A stretch of 64,000 nucleotides of DNA from Squalus acanthias (GCA_030390025.1 CM059427.1:48422001-48486000); one strand, 5' to 3'. Numbered from the stretch's first letter, positions 37,350 to 51,769 are shown. Notes: generated by a model from the letters alone, not told the origin. Numbers and translations are program-made.

Positions 37350-40300
37350 GAATCATAGAAACTTACAGCACAGAAGAAGCCATTCAGCCCGTCGTGCCTG
37401 TGCTGGCTCTTTGAAAGAGTAGTCGTGCTTGGTCCCACATCCCCACTTTTTGTCCGTAACCCAGTAAGTTCCTCATCCTCAAGTACCTGCCCAACTCCCT
37501 TTTAAAATTATTGATAGAATCAGTTTCCACCACCTTTTCAGGTAGTGTTCCAGATCCCGACAACTCTGAGTGAAAAAAATTCTTATCATCTCCCCTCAAG
37601 ATATTTTGCTAATGATTTTGAATCTATGACCTCTTGTTATTAACCCACTCACCAGAGGGAATAATTTTCCTCTATATCTACTCTATCAAAACCTCTCATC
37701 ATCTTGAAAACCTCTATTAGGTCACCTCATAATCTTCTTTATTCCAAGAAGAAAAGTCCAAACTTTTCCAACCTCTCCTCATAATTGAAGTCCCTTATCC
37801 CTGGTAACATCCTAGTAAACCTCATCTGTACCCTTTCTAAGGCCTTTACATCTTTCCTGAAGTGTGGTGCCCAGAATTGTCCACAGTACTCCAGCTGAGG
37901 TCTAACCAGTCATTTATAAAGTTATAGCACAATCTCTTTGCATTTTATAAACCCAAGTAACCCATATGCTTTTTAAGCACATTATCAGCTTGCCGTGCCT
38001 CAGTCTTAAATGGTTGACCCCATATCCTGAGACTATGCCCCCTAGTTCTAGACTCTCCAACCAGGGGAAACAACTTCTCAGGGTCTACCCCCTCAGAATC
38101 TTATCACCTCTTCTTCTTCTAAATTCCAGACAGTATAGGCCCAATCTAATCAATCTCTCCTCATAGGACAACCCTCTCTTCCCAGGAATCAATCATGTGA
38201 ACCTTCAGATAAGGAAACCAAAACTGTGTACAGTATTCCAGGTGTGGTCCCACCAAAACCCTGTACAATTGTAGCAAGACTTCCTTACTTGTACTCCAAC
38301 CCCTTGCAATAAAGGCCAACATGCCATTTGCCTTCCAAATTACTTGCTGTACCTGCATGCTAACTCTGTTTCCTGTACGAGGATACCTAAATCCCTCTGA
38401 ACACCAACATTTAATAGTTTCTCACCATTTAAAAAATATTCTGTTTTTCTATCATTCCTACTAAAGTGAATAACTTCACATTTCCCCACATTATACTTCA
38501 TCTGCCACCTTATTGCCCTCTCACTTAACCTGTCTATATCCCTTTGCAGGCTCTTTGTGTCCTCCTCACAGCTTACTTTCCCACCTAGCCAAGCACTGAT
38601 CCTTGCTGCACCCCACTAGTTACAGCCTGCCAACCTGAAAATAACCTGTTTATCCCTATTCTCTGTTTTCTGTCTGTTAATCAATCTACTATCCATGCTA
38701 ATATATTACCCCCAACCCCATGAGCCCTAATCTTGTGTAACAACCTCTTGTGTGGCACCTTATCGAATGCCTTTTGAAAATCCAAATATACTACATCCAC
38801 TGGTTCCCCTTTAGCTACCATGCTAGTTATATCCTCAAAAAACTCAAATTTATTAAACTTGATTGCCCTTTCATAAAACCATGTTGACTCTGCCTAATCA
38901 TATTATGATTTTCTAAGTGCCCTGTTATCACTTCCTTAATAATGGATTCCAGCATTTTTCGATGGCTGCTATCAGGCTAACTGGCCTGTAGTTCCCTGTT
39001 TTCTCCCTCGCTCCTTTCTTGAATAGCGGGGCTCCATTTGCTACCTTCCAATCCACTGGGACTGTTCTAGAATCTAGGGAATTTTGGAAGATCACAACCA
39101 ATGGATCCACTATCTCTACAGCCACCTCTTTTAGAACCCTAGGATGTAGGTCATCAGGTCCAGGGGATTTGTTGGCTTTTAGTCCCATTAGTTTCTCAAG
39201 TACTTTTTCTCTGCTAATATTAATTACTTTAAGTTCCTCACTCTCATTAGCCCCTTGGTTCCCCACTATTTTTGGTATGCTTTTTGTGTCTTCCACTGTG
39301 AAAACATACAGAATCTTTGTTTAAAGTCTGTGCCATTTCTTATTCCCCATTATAATTTCACCTGTCTCAGCCTCTAAGGGGCAAACACTTACTTTTGATA
39401 CTCTCTTCCTTTTTGCTTGCTTGTAGGAGCTCTTACAGTCTTTTTATATTTCTTGCTAGTTTACACTCCCTTTTTTATCAACGTTTTGGTCATCCTTTGC
39501 TAGTTTCTAAAGCTCTCCAAATCCTCAGGCTTACTACTATTCTTTGCACTATTATAAGCCTCTTCTTTTCATCTAATGCTATCCTTAACTTCTTTAGTTA
39601 GCCACAGATGGATCACTTTTCCTGTGGAGTTTTTATTTCTCAGTGGAATGTATATTCGTTGAGAATTTTGGAATTTTTAAAAAATGTTTGCCACTGCTTA
39701 TCTACCATCATACCTTTTAATTTCCCAATCTATCTTAGTCAACTCACCCCTCGTACCTTTATTTAAGTTTAAGACTCTAGTTTCGGACTTAGGCAAGTCA
39801 TTCTCAAACTTAACGTGAAATTCTATCATGTTATGATCACTCTTCCCCAGAGTATCCTTACTATGCGATTATTAATTAACCCTGTCTCATTACACAATAC
39901 AAGATCTAAAATAGCCTTTTCCCTGGTTGGTTCCAGGGCGTATTGTTCTAGGAAACTGTCTCGAATGCATTCCATGAAGTCGTCCTCCAGACTACCTTTG
40001 CCAATTTGATTTACCCAGTCTATATAAAGATTAAAGTCCCCCACGATTATTGCATTATCTTTGTTACAAACTTCTATTATTTCTTGATTAATACTCAGTC
40101 CAACGGTATAGCTACTGTCTGGGGGCCTATAAACTACTCCCACCAGTGTTTTCTGCCTATTATTTTTTTTATCTCTACCCATACTGATTCTACTTCCTGA
40201 TTTTCGGAGCCAAGATCATTTCTTACTACTGTCCTTAGGTCATCCTTTAGTAACCCCTTTCCATTCTGCCAGTCTTTTCGAAACGTCAAGTAACCTGGAA

Positions 40301-41050
40301 TATTTAGTTCCCAACCTTGGTCACCATTGCAACCACGTCTCTGTAATGGCTATTAGATCAAAGCCATTTATCTCTATTCGTGTCACTAATTTGTCTATCT
40401 TGTTATAAGTGCTTTGTGCATTCAGATAAAGAGCTTTTAATTTTAACTTTTTACCGATATATTCTCTGCTTTCACCTAATACGCTGATGCACTATTACCA
40501 TTAAACTCTCTGTCCCTCCCTGTCATACTCTGCTTGTATCTACCCAAATTGCTACACTGCTTCATTTCCTTGACTTTTCTCTTTAGATTTCTAAATTTCC
40601 CCTCACCTGACCCCTCCTTCCCTTTAGTTTATTGAAGTCCATCTGCTATGCATCTGCCCATTTCACCATCCTGTCTATGTCATCCTAAAGCCTATATCTA
40701 TCTTCATCACTATCTACTAGGCCAAGTTTTGTATCAGCTGCAAACTTTATACTACTGCTCCCTACACACGAGTCTAGGTCGTTTATGAAAATTGAAAAGA
40801 GTAATGGACCCAAAACTGACTCTTGGGGAACACCACTGCAAACCACCTCCCAGTCTGAAAAACATCCATCCACCACCGCCCTTTGCTTCCTGTCACTGAG
40901 CCAATTTTGTATCCATACCGCCATTTAATTCCATGGGCTTCCATCTTCTTAATAAGCTTTCTGTGTGGCACTTTATCGAATGCCTTCCAAAAGTCCATAT
41001 ATACATCTGCTGCACTACCTTGATCAACCTTCTCTGTTACATCATCAAAG
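37350..41050 (-). mobile_element. Cluster of CR1 LINE fragments including endonuclease and RT regions
   Basis: GVVYRPP and VGDFN (APE), KSPGPDDLHPRVLKE, NYRPVSL, DFWKAFDKVPH, KFAADTKL in minus-strand ORFs. Confidence 0.85.
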
Positions 41051-41646
41051 TTAAATGCTTTTCAGAGACATTGAGTGTGAAATTGGACATGGACGGAGCT
41101 GCAGAACAGGCGGATTCACATTTGCCAACCGTTGTATGACACACTCGATATTCAGTTCTATTGACATCAATGGAACTGAATATCTGGCGGAGCGTATAAC
41201 AGGTAACCAATGTGATAACGCCTGTTTTGCCTCCCCACCCATTTCCAATTTCACCCCCATGATCTGGTAGGTGGTTGTTGATGCCATTGATGAGAATCAT
41301 CTTATTTTTCACAAATTTTATCACGAGAATTTTGTTGTATTTGTGAAAGAACTACATAAATTTAAAGCCAGGTCTGGGGGATGAAGGGAAATTTGAATGG
41401 CCAGTCAATTAGTGGGGGGGGGGGGGGTGTCTTGCACCTATAATGGTCACATATAAAATTGCATTGGCAAAGGTTTGGGAACAGGGTGCCTGGGGGTTAG
41501 ATGGAGACTGATCTCTGGTGTGGGAATGCACTTCAAAAACAAAAATATGTAAATAGGCCTCCAAGGTCAGAATGAATGGAGACCCTCTTTAAAACCCAAA
41601 TTTCTTCTAGTACTGTCTACAGCCTTAATTTTTTATTTTATTGCAG

Positions 41647-41751
41647 GCTCATTGTGGTCATTAACAGGAGCAGTGTTGTATGCTGTCTACATAGTCATGA
41701 TTAAAAGAAAAGTTGACCGAGAAGACAAACTTGACATACCCATGTTTTTTG
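41647..41751 (+). CDS. SLC35F5: SLC35F5 coding exon
   Basis: ttgcAG acceptor; (G)[35 protein letters not shown]; GTAAGG donor. Confidence 0.95.
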
Positions 41752-42484
41752 GTAAGGTTGACGGTCACACAGTATACTGTATAATTCTTTTGAATAATAA
41801 AACCAGCTAAGGTTGCCTGTTCTGTCATAACTGCAGTTTACTCTTGCAAGGTTTTGCTATAGTCCCATTTGTGGTTACATATGTCATGTTTATAACTATA
41901 TTCAGATTAAAATAATGGGAACCTTAAAATTTGTGGACTTCTGAGAGGGTTTGAACAATCTCGGTTATTTTTTTTAATTCAAGGTTATGTTATGTAAAAT
42001 ATATGGCGCTATTCATGTGATCTCAATCTGATACTGTTAGATCTACCAGCATTCTCTAATTTCAATAATAAACTGCATTTCTGAGCAATCAAACATGCAC
42101 TGTCATCTGCATGAACTGACACATTGATAACCATACCATAGTCTTTCAAATGATTGAGAATATGCAATATACACATGTGCACATGATTATATGGAAATCC
42201 CGGTGAGTTGGAAAGTCCATCATTAGAATTGGTGTGCATTTTGAAATCTTTAAACTTTTCAAATCCCAAGTATGGTATGTAATGCAAAATTTAATTTAGT
42301 CCAATCTACTCTACAATTACATTATGTGCAATAAGAAACATTCATAGCAGAGTCGTTTCAGTTTATTTTCAATAGTTTAATTATGTATTAAAATATTGCA
42401 TGTATAATTGCAGAGGTGAATTAAGTGAAATAGATTGATATACTATTTGCTGTATTAATTGTTACCACACAGAGTACTGTCAAC

Positions 42485-42609
42485 CAATGTTCCCGTTAAT
42501 TTTTTTTTTGAGTACGCGGCCCCTTTAATGGGCTGTGCGGCCCATTCAAAGCCAGCGAGTTGGCTACGCAGGAGGTCCTGAGTGCCGCGCAGCTTAAAGG
42601 GAGCATTAC
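42485..42609. mobile_element. hAT-type MITE (CAATGTTCCC family, diverged)
   Basis: caatgttccc ... gggagcatta termini; interior similar to 60293-60469. Confidence 0.65.
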
Positions 42610-44684
42610 TGTAAGCAGGATTTAGTACTCCTACTCTCTGGGGTATCTTGTCAAGTGATTTTGCAAATGTGAGCTTGTAAAAGATGTTAAGATTTGGCAC
42701 AGTCAATAATGACCTGACGTGGTTTCTAATGACGCGACCATGTCAAACTTTATGTTCAGTTCCCAGTTTGGCCGGAAACAATCTTTGGAACCAGTTTTCA
42801 GTCAGTCAGGGTGCAATTTGGGGAGGGGGCAAAGGAGAAAAGGTAGGTTTTAGATTTTTGACATAGAATATGACAATTTAAATAAACAGGATAATTTAGA
42901 AATACAAATTAAAGTAGTGAATGCAGAAGAGCTGAAAGCTAAGAAAAACTGGTAACATTCAAAGGGTCGTGAACCAATTAAATGAATGGGCTAAAAGAAC
43001 TGCAGATGAATTTCAACGTGGATTTACCTAATAATTATGCATATTTGAGCAGGAAACATTAACAAAGGTAAAAAAAGAAAAGATTTGGATGTGATTATTG
43101 ACTTCTTATTGAACAAAGTCAGTATAAATCAAGAATGCTAATTAAATACTGAGATACAGCTGAAAGCATTTGATTGGGGAAATAAGAGCCTAGATTTAAC
43201 AATTAATTATTTTAATGTCATGCTGATCCATTGAAAATGAATGGTATTAAAATAACACCATTTGGAAAATCTAGGTTTTAATACGCTAATTTTATATAGA
43301 TCAGTGGTGAGATTATATTTATATATTGCGTGACATTTTTGGAAAACCTGCCTCCAAATGTTCAGAGGAGAGCAGCAAAGATCATTTGAATTCAACTGTA
43401 ATGAGCGACTCCAATTGAGCTTGTTTTCATTGGAGGAAAAGGAAAATTCGGGATGATGTGGTCCATTATTTAAAATGCTGAGAGGAATAGATAATGTAGA
43501 TTCAAGCAGGTTACTTAACATGGAGTCTAAGCATAGAACAAGAGGACATGAGTATAATAACTGCCCTCAGACAAGATTTGAAATTAGAAAGCGTTTCCCC
43601 ACAAAACGGAATATGTGGAATATGTTCCCAGGAAAGCAGCTAATACTGTAAGATGAATATCTGGTTAGAAGTTAAATTGAGGATTATATGGATAGATATA
43701 GATGGCTAAACGCTCTGTGGAAAACAATACTTACTGAGCTGCAGGGCGAATAGAAATGTCATGCCAAAGAATAGAAACCATCAGAGGTGAATAATTTAGA
43801 ATAATCTCGAGTTTCACCCATTTTAATCTCCGTCAGGTTGCGTAGAATCCGTGATGAGAGAAATTATGCATGGTCTATGGAATAAATGGCTTTGACACAA
43901 AGGCTTTTCTTCTGTGCTTTCTTGCATTCTTAAAATAATTGATCCTTATGTCTTAAGAAGTGAACTGGAAGGAAGTTGAGATTGTCTAAATCTGAAGCAT
44001 TTCTAAATCATGCTGTTCACTCTCAAGAGTATAGTGGATAGTCAATTTTTTTTATATTTATTATCTATGGTACTGCATATAAAGTAGGCTGCATCAGAAA
44101 GAGCTGTTTTTTAGTTTTGGTATTAGGAATGTTTAATGCAGCATTATTAACTTAGATGCAATATTCACTACACTGGTAATCATAGAATAATAAACCTCCC
44201 TGTTTTACAGAATAATAAAGCAGATCAGAAGTCCCATTTTTAAAATTAGAATTCAGAACTGTATGCTTAAAATGAATAATTGCCTTGTAGAACAGACAGA
44301 CTTATAAATTAAACAATTTAGATTATTAAATAATTATATACTTGTAGATTAAACTTCAACATTGTTGACATTTCTGGATTTGTGAACAAATTTAGCAGTG
44401 TTGTCTGCTACTTGTCAGCCCTGCAGACTGAATCCGATGCAATTAAGAGTGAGTGAACTACTCACAGTGGAACAGGAGTATTCAGTTTAAAGTTGCATTG
44501 TATAGGTTTCTATTCAATAGAAGGAAGCCGGGGGGGGGGAGGGGTGAACTAAGTAAATACAGCACCCTTCACATTATTATTGTGATACCACTTCTTTACC
44601 AGCAAATATGAAGACTTTGATCCGTGCATCCTTCAAAAATAAATCACTTGCTTTATTGGACTACAGTAGACAACACTACTAAAT

Positions 44685-45910
44685 TTGTACCTAGCACAAA
44701 GGAGGATGGTTGTGGTGGTTGAAGGTCAATCATCACAGCCCCAGGACATCGCTGCAGGAGTTCCTCAGGGCAGTGTCCTAGGCCCAACCATCTTCAGCTG
44801 CTTCATCAATAACCTTCCCTCCAACATAAGGTCAGAAATGGGATGTTCGCTGATGACTGCACAGTGTTCAGCGCCATTCACAACTCCTCAGATAATGAAG
44901 CAGTCCATGCCCGCATGCAACAAGACCAGGACGACATTCAGGCTTGGGCTGATAAGCCGCACAAGTGCCAGGCAATGACTATCTCTAACAAGCGAGAGTC
45001 TAACCACCGCCCCTTGACATTCAACGGCATTGCCATCGCCGAATTCTCCCACCATCAACATCCTGGGGGTCACCACTGACCAGAAACTTAACTGGACCAG
45101 CCATATAAATACTGTGGCAATAAGAGCGGGTCAGAGGCTAGGTATTCTGCGACGAGTGTCTCACCTCCCGACTCCCCAAAGCCTTTCCACCATCTACAAG
45201 GCACAAGTAAGGAGTGTGATGGAATACTCTCCACTTGCCTGGACGAGTGCAGCTCCAACAACACTCAAGAAGCTTGACACCATCCAGGACAAAGCAGCCC
45301 GCTTGATTGGCACCCCATCCACCACCTTAAACATTCACTCCCTCCACCACTGGCATACTGTGGCTGCAGTGTGTACCATCTACAAGATGCACTGCAGCAA
45401 CTCGCCAAGGCTTCTTCGGCAGCACCTCCCAAACCTGCGACCTCTTCCACCTAGAAGGACAAGGGCAGCAGGTGCATGGGATCACCACCACCTCCAAGTT
45501 CCCCTCCAAGTCACACACCATCCCGACTTAGAAGTATATCGCCGATCCTTCATCATCGCTGGGTCAAAATCCTGGAACTCCCTCCCTAACAGCACTGTGG
45601 GAGCGCACGTCAACCCAAGCACCCCACCCACCCGCCCCTTCATCTACCGTCTGCCCCACCTGTGACAGAGACTGTAGGTCCCGCATTGGACTCATCAGTC
45701 ACCTGCGAACTCATTTTTAATGAGGAAGCTTGTCATCCTCGGTTCCGAGGGACTGCCTAAGAAGAAGGAAGAAGAGAGTACCTTCACCACACGGACTGCA
45801 GCAGTTCAAGAAGGCGGCTCACCACCACCTTCTCAAGGGCAACTAGGGATGGGCAATAAATGCTGGCCTTGCCAGCGACGTCCACATTCCCATAAATGAA
45901 TTAAAAAAAA
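44685..45910 (+). mobile_element. 5'-truncated CR1-clade LINE (family of 2968-4592) with a nested RTE 3' fragment (~45605-45775)
   Basis: Closely similar to 3525-4590; insert encodes CPTCDRDCRSRIGLISHLRTH and ends in (gaa)n. Confidence 0.88.
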
Positions 45911-46864
45911 ACAGTGCCAATGACCTCACTAGCATGAAATCACTAGTTTATGCATATGAAATAGCTATTTTTATTTCTCTGTTAAGAGATGACTGTTTTA
46001 GCTTGTGGCATTTGCAAATGAAAAATGTTACCAAACTGTTCAGAAGACTTCCCCACCACCCCGCTTTCCCAAAATGCATAGGTTCAATCAGCAGAACAAA
46101 TATTTTTTTCTTTCTGCAAGGAGATGTATTAAAACAGTATTCCTAGCGATGTATTATAAACTTCTCCTGCTATATATAAATTAAGTTTTGACAATGAAAG
46201 CAATAACATGCATCACTGAATCCTTTTATGCAGTATTGCTACTAAAATCTATTTCCCAATTTCGTACCAGTTATATTTGATTTGAAAGAAAATGCTTTTC
46301 TATCCACATAGCCTAGAATCAGTCTTAGACCATATTAATCTTCATTTCTTGCATTCACATTATTTTTGATAACATTTCTTTTTGTTTGGCTTTTTATTTG
46401 AAACCCACCACATCTTTCATAAGCTTCTTACAAGCTTTAATAACTTTTTCTACACTATCATTCTGTAATGTAAAGATTTCCCCTGCAGCTTCATTCAACA
46501 GACCTAAATATAAAATGTTCGATGACTCTACTCTAGTTTGCAGGAACACATAGCTAGCACCACATAGGAACACCTGTGTAAAGATAAGAACCATGAAATT
46601 AAAAATGTTTTCACATGGGCACTACATTGCCTCATGAGTTAGGTTTCATGAGTTGCAAACAGAAAAGACTGATGTGCACAAAAATTCTATCTATTTGAAA
46701 GGTAGTAAAATTACTGTATTTTAAGAATAAGCTTATAATCAATTTTTAAACACTTGGAATTTGTCATTCTTGGAATGTTTCTTTGATGGCTCAAATGAGT
46801 GTTTAAGTCTATAGTAATGTAACAAATCCTTATTTTGTAATAAATCTATTTGATTTCCGGCTCT

Positions 46865-46975
46865 TCACAGTTCTGATGAAAGGTCATCGACCTGAAACGT
46901 CAACTCTCCATCTCTCTCCACGGATGCTGCCTGGCCTGCTGAGTTTTTCCAGCGTTTTCTGTTGTTATTCCTTAT
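46865..46975 (+). mobile_element. Penelope pLTR-derived fragment
   Basis: Same family as the right arm of 11013-11212. Confidence 0.8.
46869..46905 (+). ncRNA. Minimal type I hammerhead ribozyme motif
   Basis: agtt-CTGATGA-a-aggtc-atc-gacct-GAAAC-GTC-aact: stems I and II pair, palindromic ACGT stem III, GUC triplet. Confidence 0.7.
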
Positions 46976-47386
46976 TTTGTAATGTCTGATTATTGTGCAG
47001 GAAGATTCAGTGTTCTCAAGCATCCAGCATTGTGCTGTGCTCAAAAGGAGCACAGGTCAGATATGGCAGCATTTTAAATACTGTACAACATCATCCCTTA
47101 TTTTCCTTTTCCTCTAATGATACAGGCTCAATGCTGAGTCTCTCATCAAGGCTGAATCAGAATTATCCTTGCTTCTGTCCTCTGAACACGCTCCCTTCAG
47201 GTGCAGCTCAACACTGGGAACGTGGGATCACTGAATTTACCCTATGAGATATAAAATCTAAAGAAAATGCTAAGACATTAAAGGGAATAATAAGTATCTT
47301 CACTTTGTACCATTTGTTGATTAGTTTAAACTAGAAATATTTGCTCTGGATTTCACTTTTTCTTTATTTTGCCTTTCTTTATACAG

Positions 47387-47546
47387 GGTTTGTGGGATTG
47401 TTTAATCTCCTGCTGCTATGGCCTGGGTTTTTCTTGCTTCACTATACAGGATTTGAGGCTTTCGAATTTCCAACCAAAACTGTATGGATGTACATCCTTA
47501 TTAACGGCCTTATAGGGACAGTGCTGTCTGAATTTCTCTGGTTGTG
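47387..47546 (+). CDS. SLC35F5: SLC35F5 coding exon
   Basis: atacAG acceptor; (G)[23 protein letters not shown]...[11 protein letters not shown]; GTATGA donor. Confidence 0.95.
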
Positions 47547-48825
47547 GTATGATTTTGTTATAATTTATTTTTGAAATGTAAAGGCATGCTCACTTAAAGG
47601 AAAACCGCAGATAAATTCTACAAAATCTGTCAAATTGCTAATTTACTAATTACTCAAGTGTTTTCAAACATCTCCACAAAAAGCTCATTTATTTAAGTAT
47701 GAATAAAATAGTCATGTTTAAAATACAATACAAAGACAATCACTATTTGTAATGCAGTTGATATATTTTACATAATTGTACAGTGAGCCATTATTGTTGA
47801 ACTGGCATCAGATTGTCAAAATCATTGTTTTAAATTTGGGAATTTAAAATAAAATTTCTATGAAAAGTAAGCTATGATCAATGTTTAATTAAGATATAGC
47901 TAGAGATCTCTCTGCTATCCTGCAGTTCATTGATAAAATCTCAGATTATACAAATTCAATCTATGCATCTGTTCAATGACAAATCACCAATTCAATTAGC
48001 CACAACTGCACAAAGAATACTGCTTGTCAGTCTCCAAATTGTATTCATCTTCATATTCATCAAAGTATCCCTCTGGAAAATGTAATTATAGGTATGTGGT
48101 GCAAATTTATCTACTTCAACTCATGCCCCTTTCATATTACAGCACTGCCTCCAATGGCAGCCCAAGTTTCAGCAGTATTGCTGTAATATAAATGAAATAG
48201 CACTCCTGCCTCCACTGCTGGCAGCAAATGTCAGTGACTGCCACAAGCAGTTCCGGGCACCATTCCTACTTACTGCAGGTGGTTGAGCACTCAGCGTTCC
48301 CATGTAGGCCAGCAATATAAGCGTTACATTGTTGGCATATGAAGGTCTGTGGCCAGAAACTGAAAGTAATTTTCACATCTTTTAATCTTGCTTATGCATG
48401 GTTGTTTCTCCATTGCTGCCAAAGCTCTGAAATCTGCACCAGTGTAGATGGTTCTGCAATGCGAAGGCTGTATCAATCGACTGCACTGTTTAACATTTTT
48501 CTTCATCAGCGTCATTGTCACTCCTATTTCCATTTTCCCTCCCAGCCTCTCACCAGGAACCCTAGATTCCCTTTTGTGACCTGAGATTTTCTGCAACTAC
48601 CCAAACCTCTCTCTCGCATTCCTCTAATCTTTAACAAACAAGTAATTTGCTTCTTAACTTTTGAAGAGTTGTTCAGGTAAAGCTGCGAGTATGATACTTC
48701 TTTCAGAAACTTTGTAGATTTTCTATTGTGTTCTTTTGTGCTCTATTTTATTAGTTTAACCTGACAGTTTTTCAGAAATTATGACTCTCCAAAGCTAGCT
48801 TTCTTATGACATTTGCTGCTGATCA

Positions 48826-49270
48826 GTTAGCTTGGCTAAATGGGTAGCGCACTCCCCTCTGACGCAGAAGGTTGTGGGTTCAAGCCCTGTTCCAGGACTT
48901 GAGCACATAATCTAGTCTGACACTTCAGTGCAGTACTGAGGAGATGCTATATTGTTGGAAATCCCATCATTCAAATTAATAAATCAAGGCCCAGTCTGCC
49001 TGTCTCACTAGTTCAGGTGAACGTTAAAGATCCGATGACAGTATTCCAAGAAAAGCAGCAAGTTCTCCTGGCGTCTTGGCCAACATTCATATCTTAACAA
49101 ACACCAGAGAAACATAAACTAACTGGTCATTCATCTCATTGCAGTTTGTGGGACTGTCCTGTGCCCAAAATAGCTACTGTGTTTGCCTACATAACAACAA
49201 TAACTGTCCTTCAGAATAATAGATTATATGTGGAACACTTTGGGATGTTTGAAAGAGTTGATAAAACATT
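48826..49270 (+). mobile_element. DeuSINE-like element with tRNA head
   Basis: tRNA-like head (tggctaaatgggtagc...gggttcaagccc) followed by a Deu-domain-like core. Confidence 0.7.
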
Positions 49271-49482
49271 ATTGCTTTTGATTTGTTTTCAATACTCCTT
49301 GCATTTTATCTGTATAGTGTAGTTTAGGCCATTAATTTAGAATATTCCATTATATGGAGCGTTGGCAGCGTAGTGGGTTAGAGCACTAGTCTATGATTTC
49401 AAGGACTAATTCAGAGTATAACTTGAATTCAGCTAGCTCAAATTTTTATTTTTATGGATTCAAAATGAATTTTATATTTCAG

Positions 49483-49573
49483 GGGCTGTTTTCTTACATC
49501 ATCACTGATTGGTACACTTGCATTAAGCCTCACAATACCTCTTTCCATGATAGCAGACATCTATATGAAAAAG
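49483..49573 (+). CDS. SLC35F5: SLC35F5 coding exon
   Basis: tttcAG acceptor; (W)[30 protein letters not shown]; GTAATT donor. Confidence 0.95.
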
Positions 49574-49825
49574 GTAATTCAGTCAGTTTTTGAAAACAGT
49601 ATGATCAATGCTCGGACATTTATTACAAAAGTTACTGCATGGTGACTAGAACATTAGTCATCATATTTCTGTATTTTATAATCTTGATTTATTGGTATGT
49701 TATTTCTGTTGCTGTACACTAACAAATATTTGCTGTAAAGAAAACACTGCTTTCTTTTGGTAGTTCCTCTAGTTAGGACAATGGTCCCTGTGTATGTGTC
49801 AATATTGGCAGGAAGCCCTTGGGAG

Positions 49826-49988
49826 CAATGTTCCTGATAAACTGTGCAGCCATGCAGTGATCTGGAAGTCCCGCGCAGGCTACTCACAGCTTTATAATAG
49901 AAAAAAACGTGCACAGGCGATAATTTGAATGGGCCACGCAGCCCCTTAAAGGGGCCGTGCACCCAAAAAAAAATTAGCGGGAACATTG
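49826..49988. mobile_element. hAT-type MITE (CAATGTTCCC family)
   Basis: TIRs plus perfect 8-bp TSD cttgggag. Confidence 0.85.
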
Positions 49989-51769
49989 CTTGGGAGTGTG
50001 TCATTATTATAGGAGGGTCCCTCACACAGAAACATTTGAGAACCAGTAGACTAGGACTTTCCAAAGCTCATCTAATTATCTTGTCACTTGCCAAAACTTG
50101 CTTTGAAATTACTGTGAAAAAGGAAGCATGAAGCCTAATAAAAGAGTAATTGGGCGAAGGAGGAATGCACTGCAACAGACCATTAGAGAATCAGGTCTCT
50201 GGAAAGGTTGGAAATAGTGAGATAAGTACAGTAGTGCATGGCTTTTCAACTCATTAAAACTGGAAATTAATACACCAGCTGGTGAGTAGAATTTTCTTGC
50301 CTGAATATGATGTACATTAAGAAAAAGGAGAAAAAAAGATGAATAAAAACAGAAAATGTTGTAAATTCATTGCAGGTCAGATGCTGACTGAGCGGCCGTG
50401 TGTCTCCAGCATTTTCTGTTTTATTTATGATATATATTTCTTGACTTATGTATTTGTAAGTTTAAAGCAAGAACATCTTTATTTTAACATGGCATTTTCT
50501 GATAGGTTTGTTATAGATGTAATCTTGATAAGGTTCTTCGTGGGAGATTTATAACTAAAGTAAAAGCCCATGGGATCCAAGATTAAAATGGAAATTGGAT
50601 TATTAACCAGCTAGATAATTGAAAACTGAGGAGAGTTCTGAATGATCTAGTTCTAATTGGACAGCTGTGACCAGTGGAGTTTCTGGAACTCCTGCTGCTC
50701 ATAGGTATTAATGATCCTAATTAGGATGTTATAAATAGAATGTCTAGGTTGTGCAGGAAAGGAGGATATTAAGTGATTCCACTTTTAATAGGTAGAGCTG
50801 TTGTCACTTTGTAGAAGAAACTTAACATTGAGAAATTAAAGAATGCATTTCAGTTCAAAAATAGAAAAGTGAAAGAAATCCAGCCTAAATAATGTAGATT
50901 AAAAAGTAAATTTGGGCGTGCCATTTGTCTAAAACAATGAAAAAGTTGGTGATTTTTCTTCCCCTCTGATCTTAAATACAACAATCTTGCTTCCAGCAAG
51001 CAGTGTGTTCAGGCTGGGAATTCCTTTTGGTTTTCCAGTGGCACTCCCAAGATTTGGAGGAGAAAGATCAGTTCACAAAGGGACAAAAAGATAGCTACTT
51101 GGACCAATTGGAATTAATACAAGAACATAACATAAGAATTAGGAGTAGGAGTAGGCCATATGGCCCCTCGAGCCTGCTCCGCCATTCAATAAGATCATGG
51201 CTGATCTTCGACCTCAACTCCACTTTCCTGCCCAATCCCCATATTCCTTGATTCCCCTAGAGTCCAAAAATCTATCTACAGGTTCTCCCTGTATAGTCTA
51301 ACAAGAGTCTCCAAAATCATCATCTGCTGCATAACAAGTTGTTGTTGCATGTTGCACAACTTTGCATTACAAAGAGGAGTTACCATGTAGCAGGAGGAAG
51401 AGATCTATCAATTGCCAAAAGAGGATGATGAGAACTGATGCAGCTGTCAGTCATAGACAGCTCTTTCAATTAACCCCATAATCGAGCCTCTATACAGTAA
51501 TTCCTGTACAAGACAGTAGCCTGATGAACAGCTTGCTCTCTGTTTTTATCTACTGTACCCTAATGTAGCATATATGCCCATCCTTTCATCTGCTGCTACT
51601 TTAATAGGACTCTTGTCAAAGAACCTCTCTGGACTAAGGTGAAATAAAGTGCAATAATTTTATTTCCCTGAAATTAAAAATCATATGTGAATTTAATTTT
51701 TATCATCCTGGTATTTTCTTTGGTGATCATGTTTGGAATGTCATCTGGAACCAAATCTGCTCCTTCGGT

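Noticed and set aside
50340-50427. Hairpin resembling a pre-miRNA
   Set aside because: Arms match the degenerate Penelope-derived family seen at 11013 and 16725
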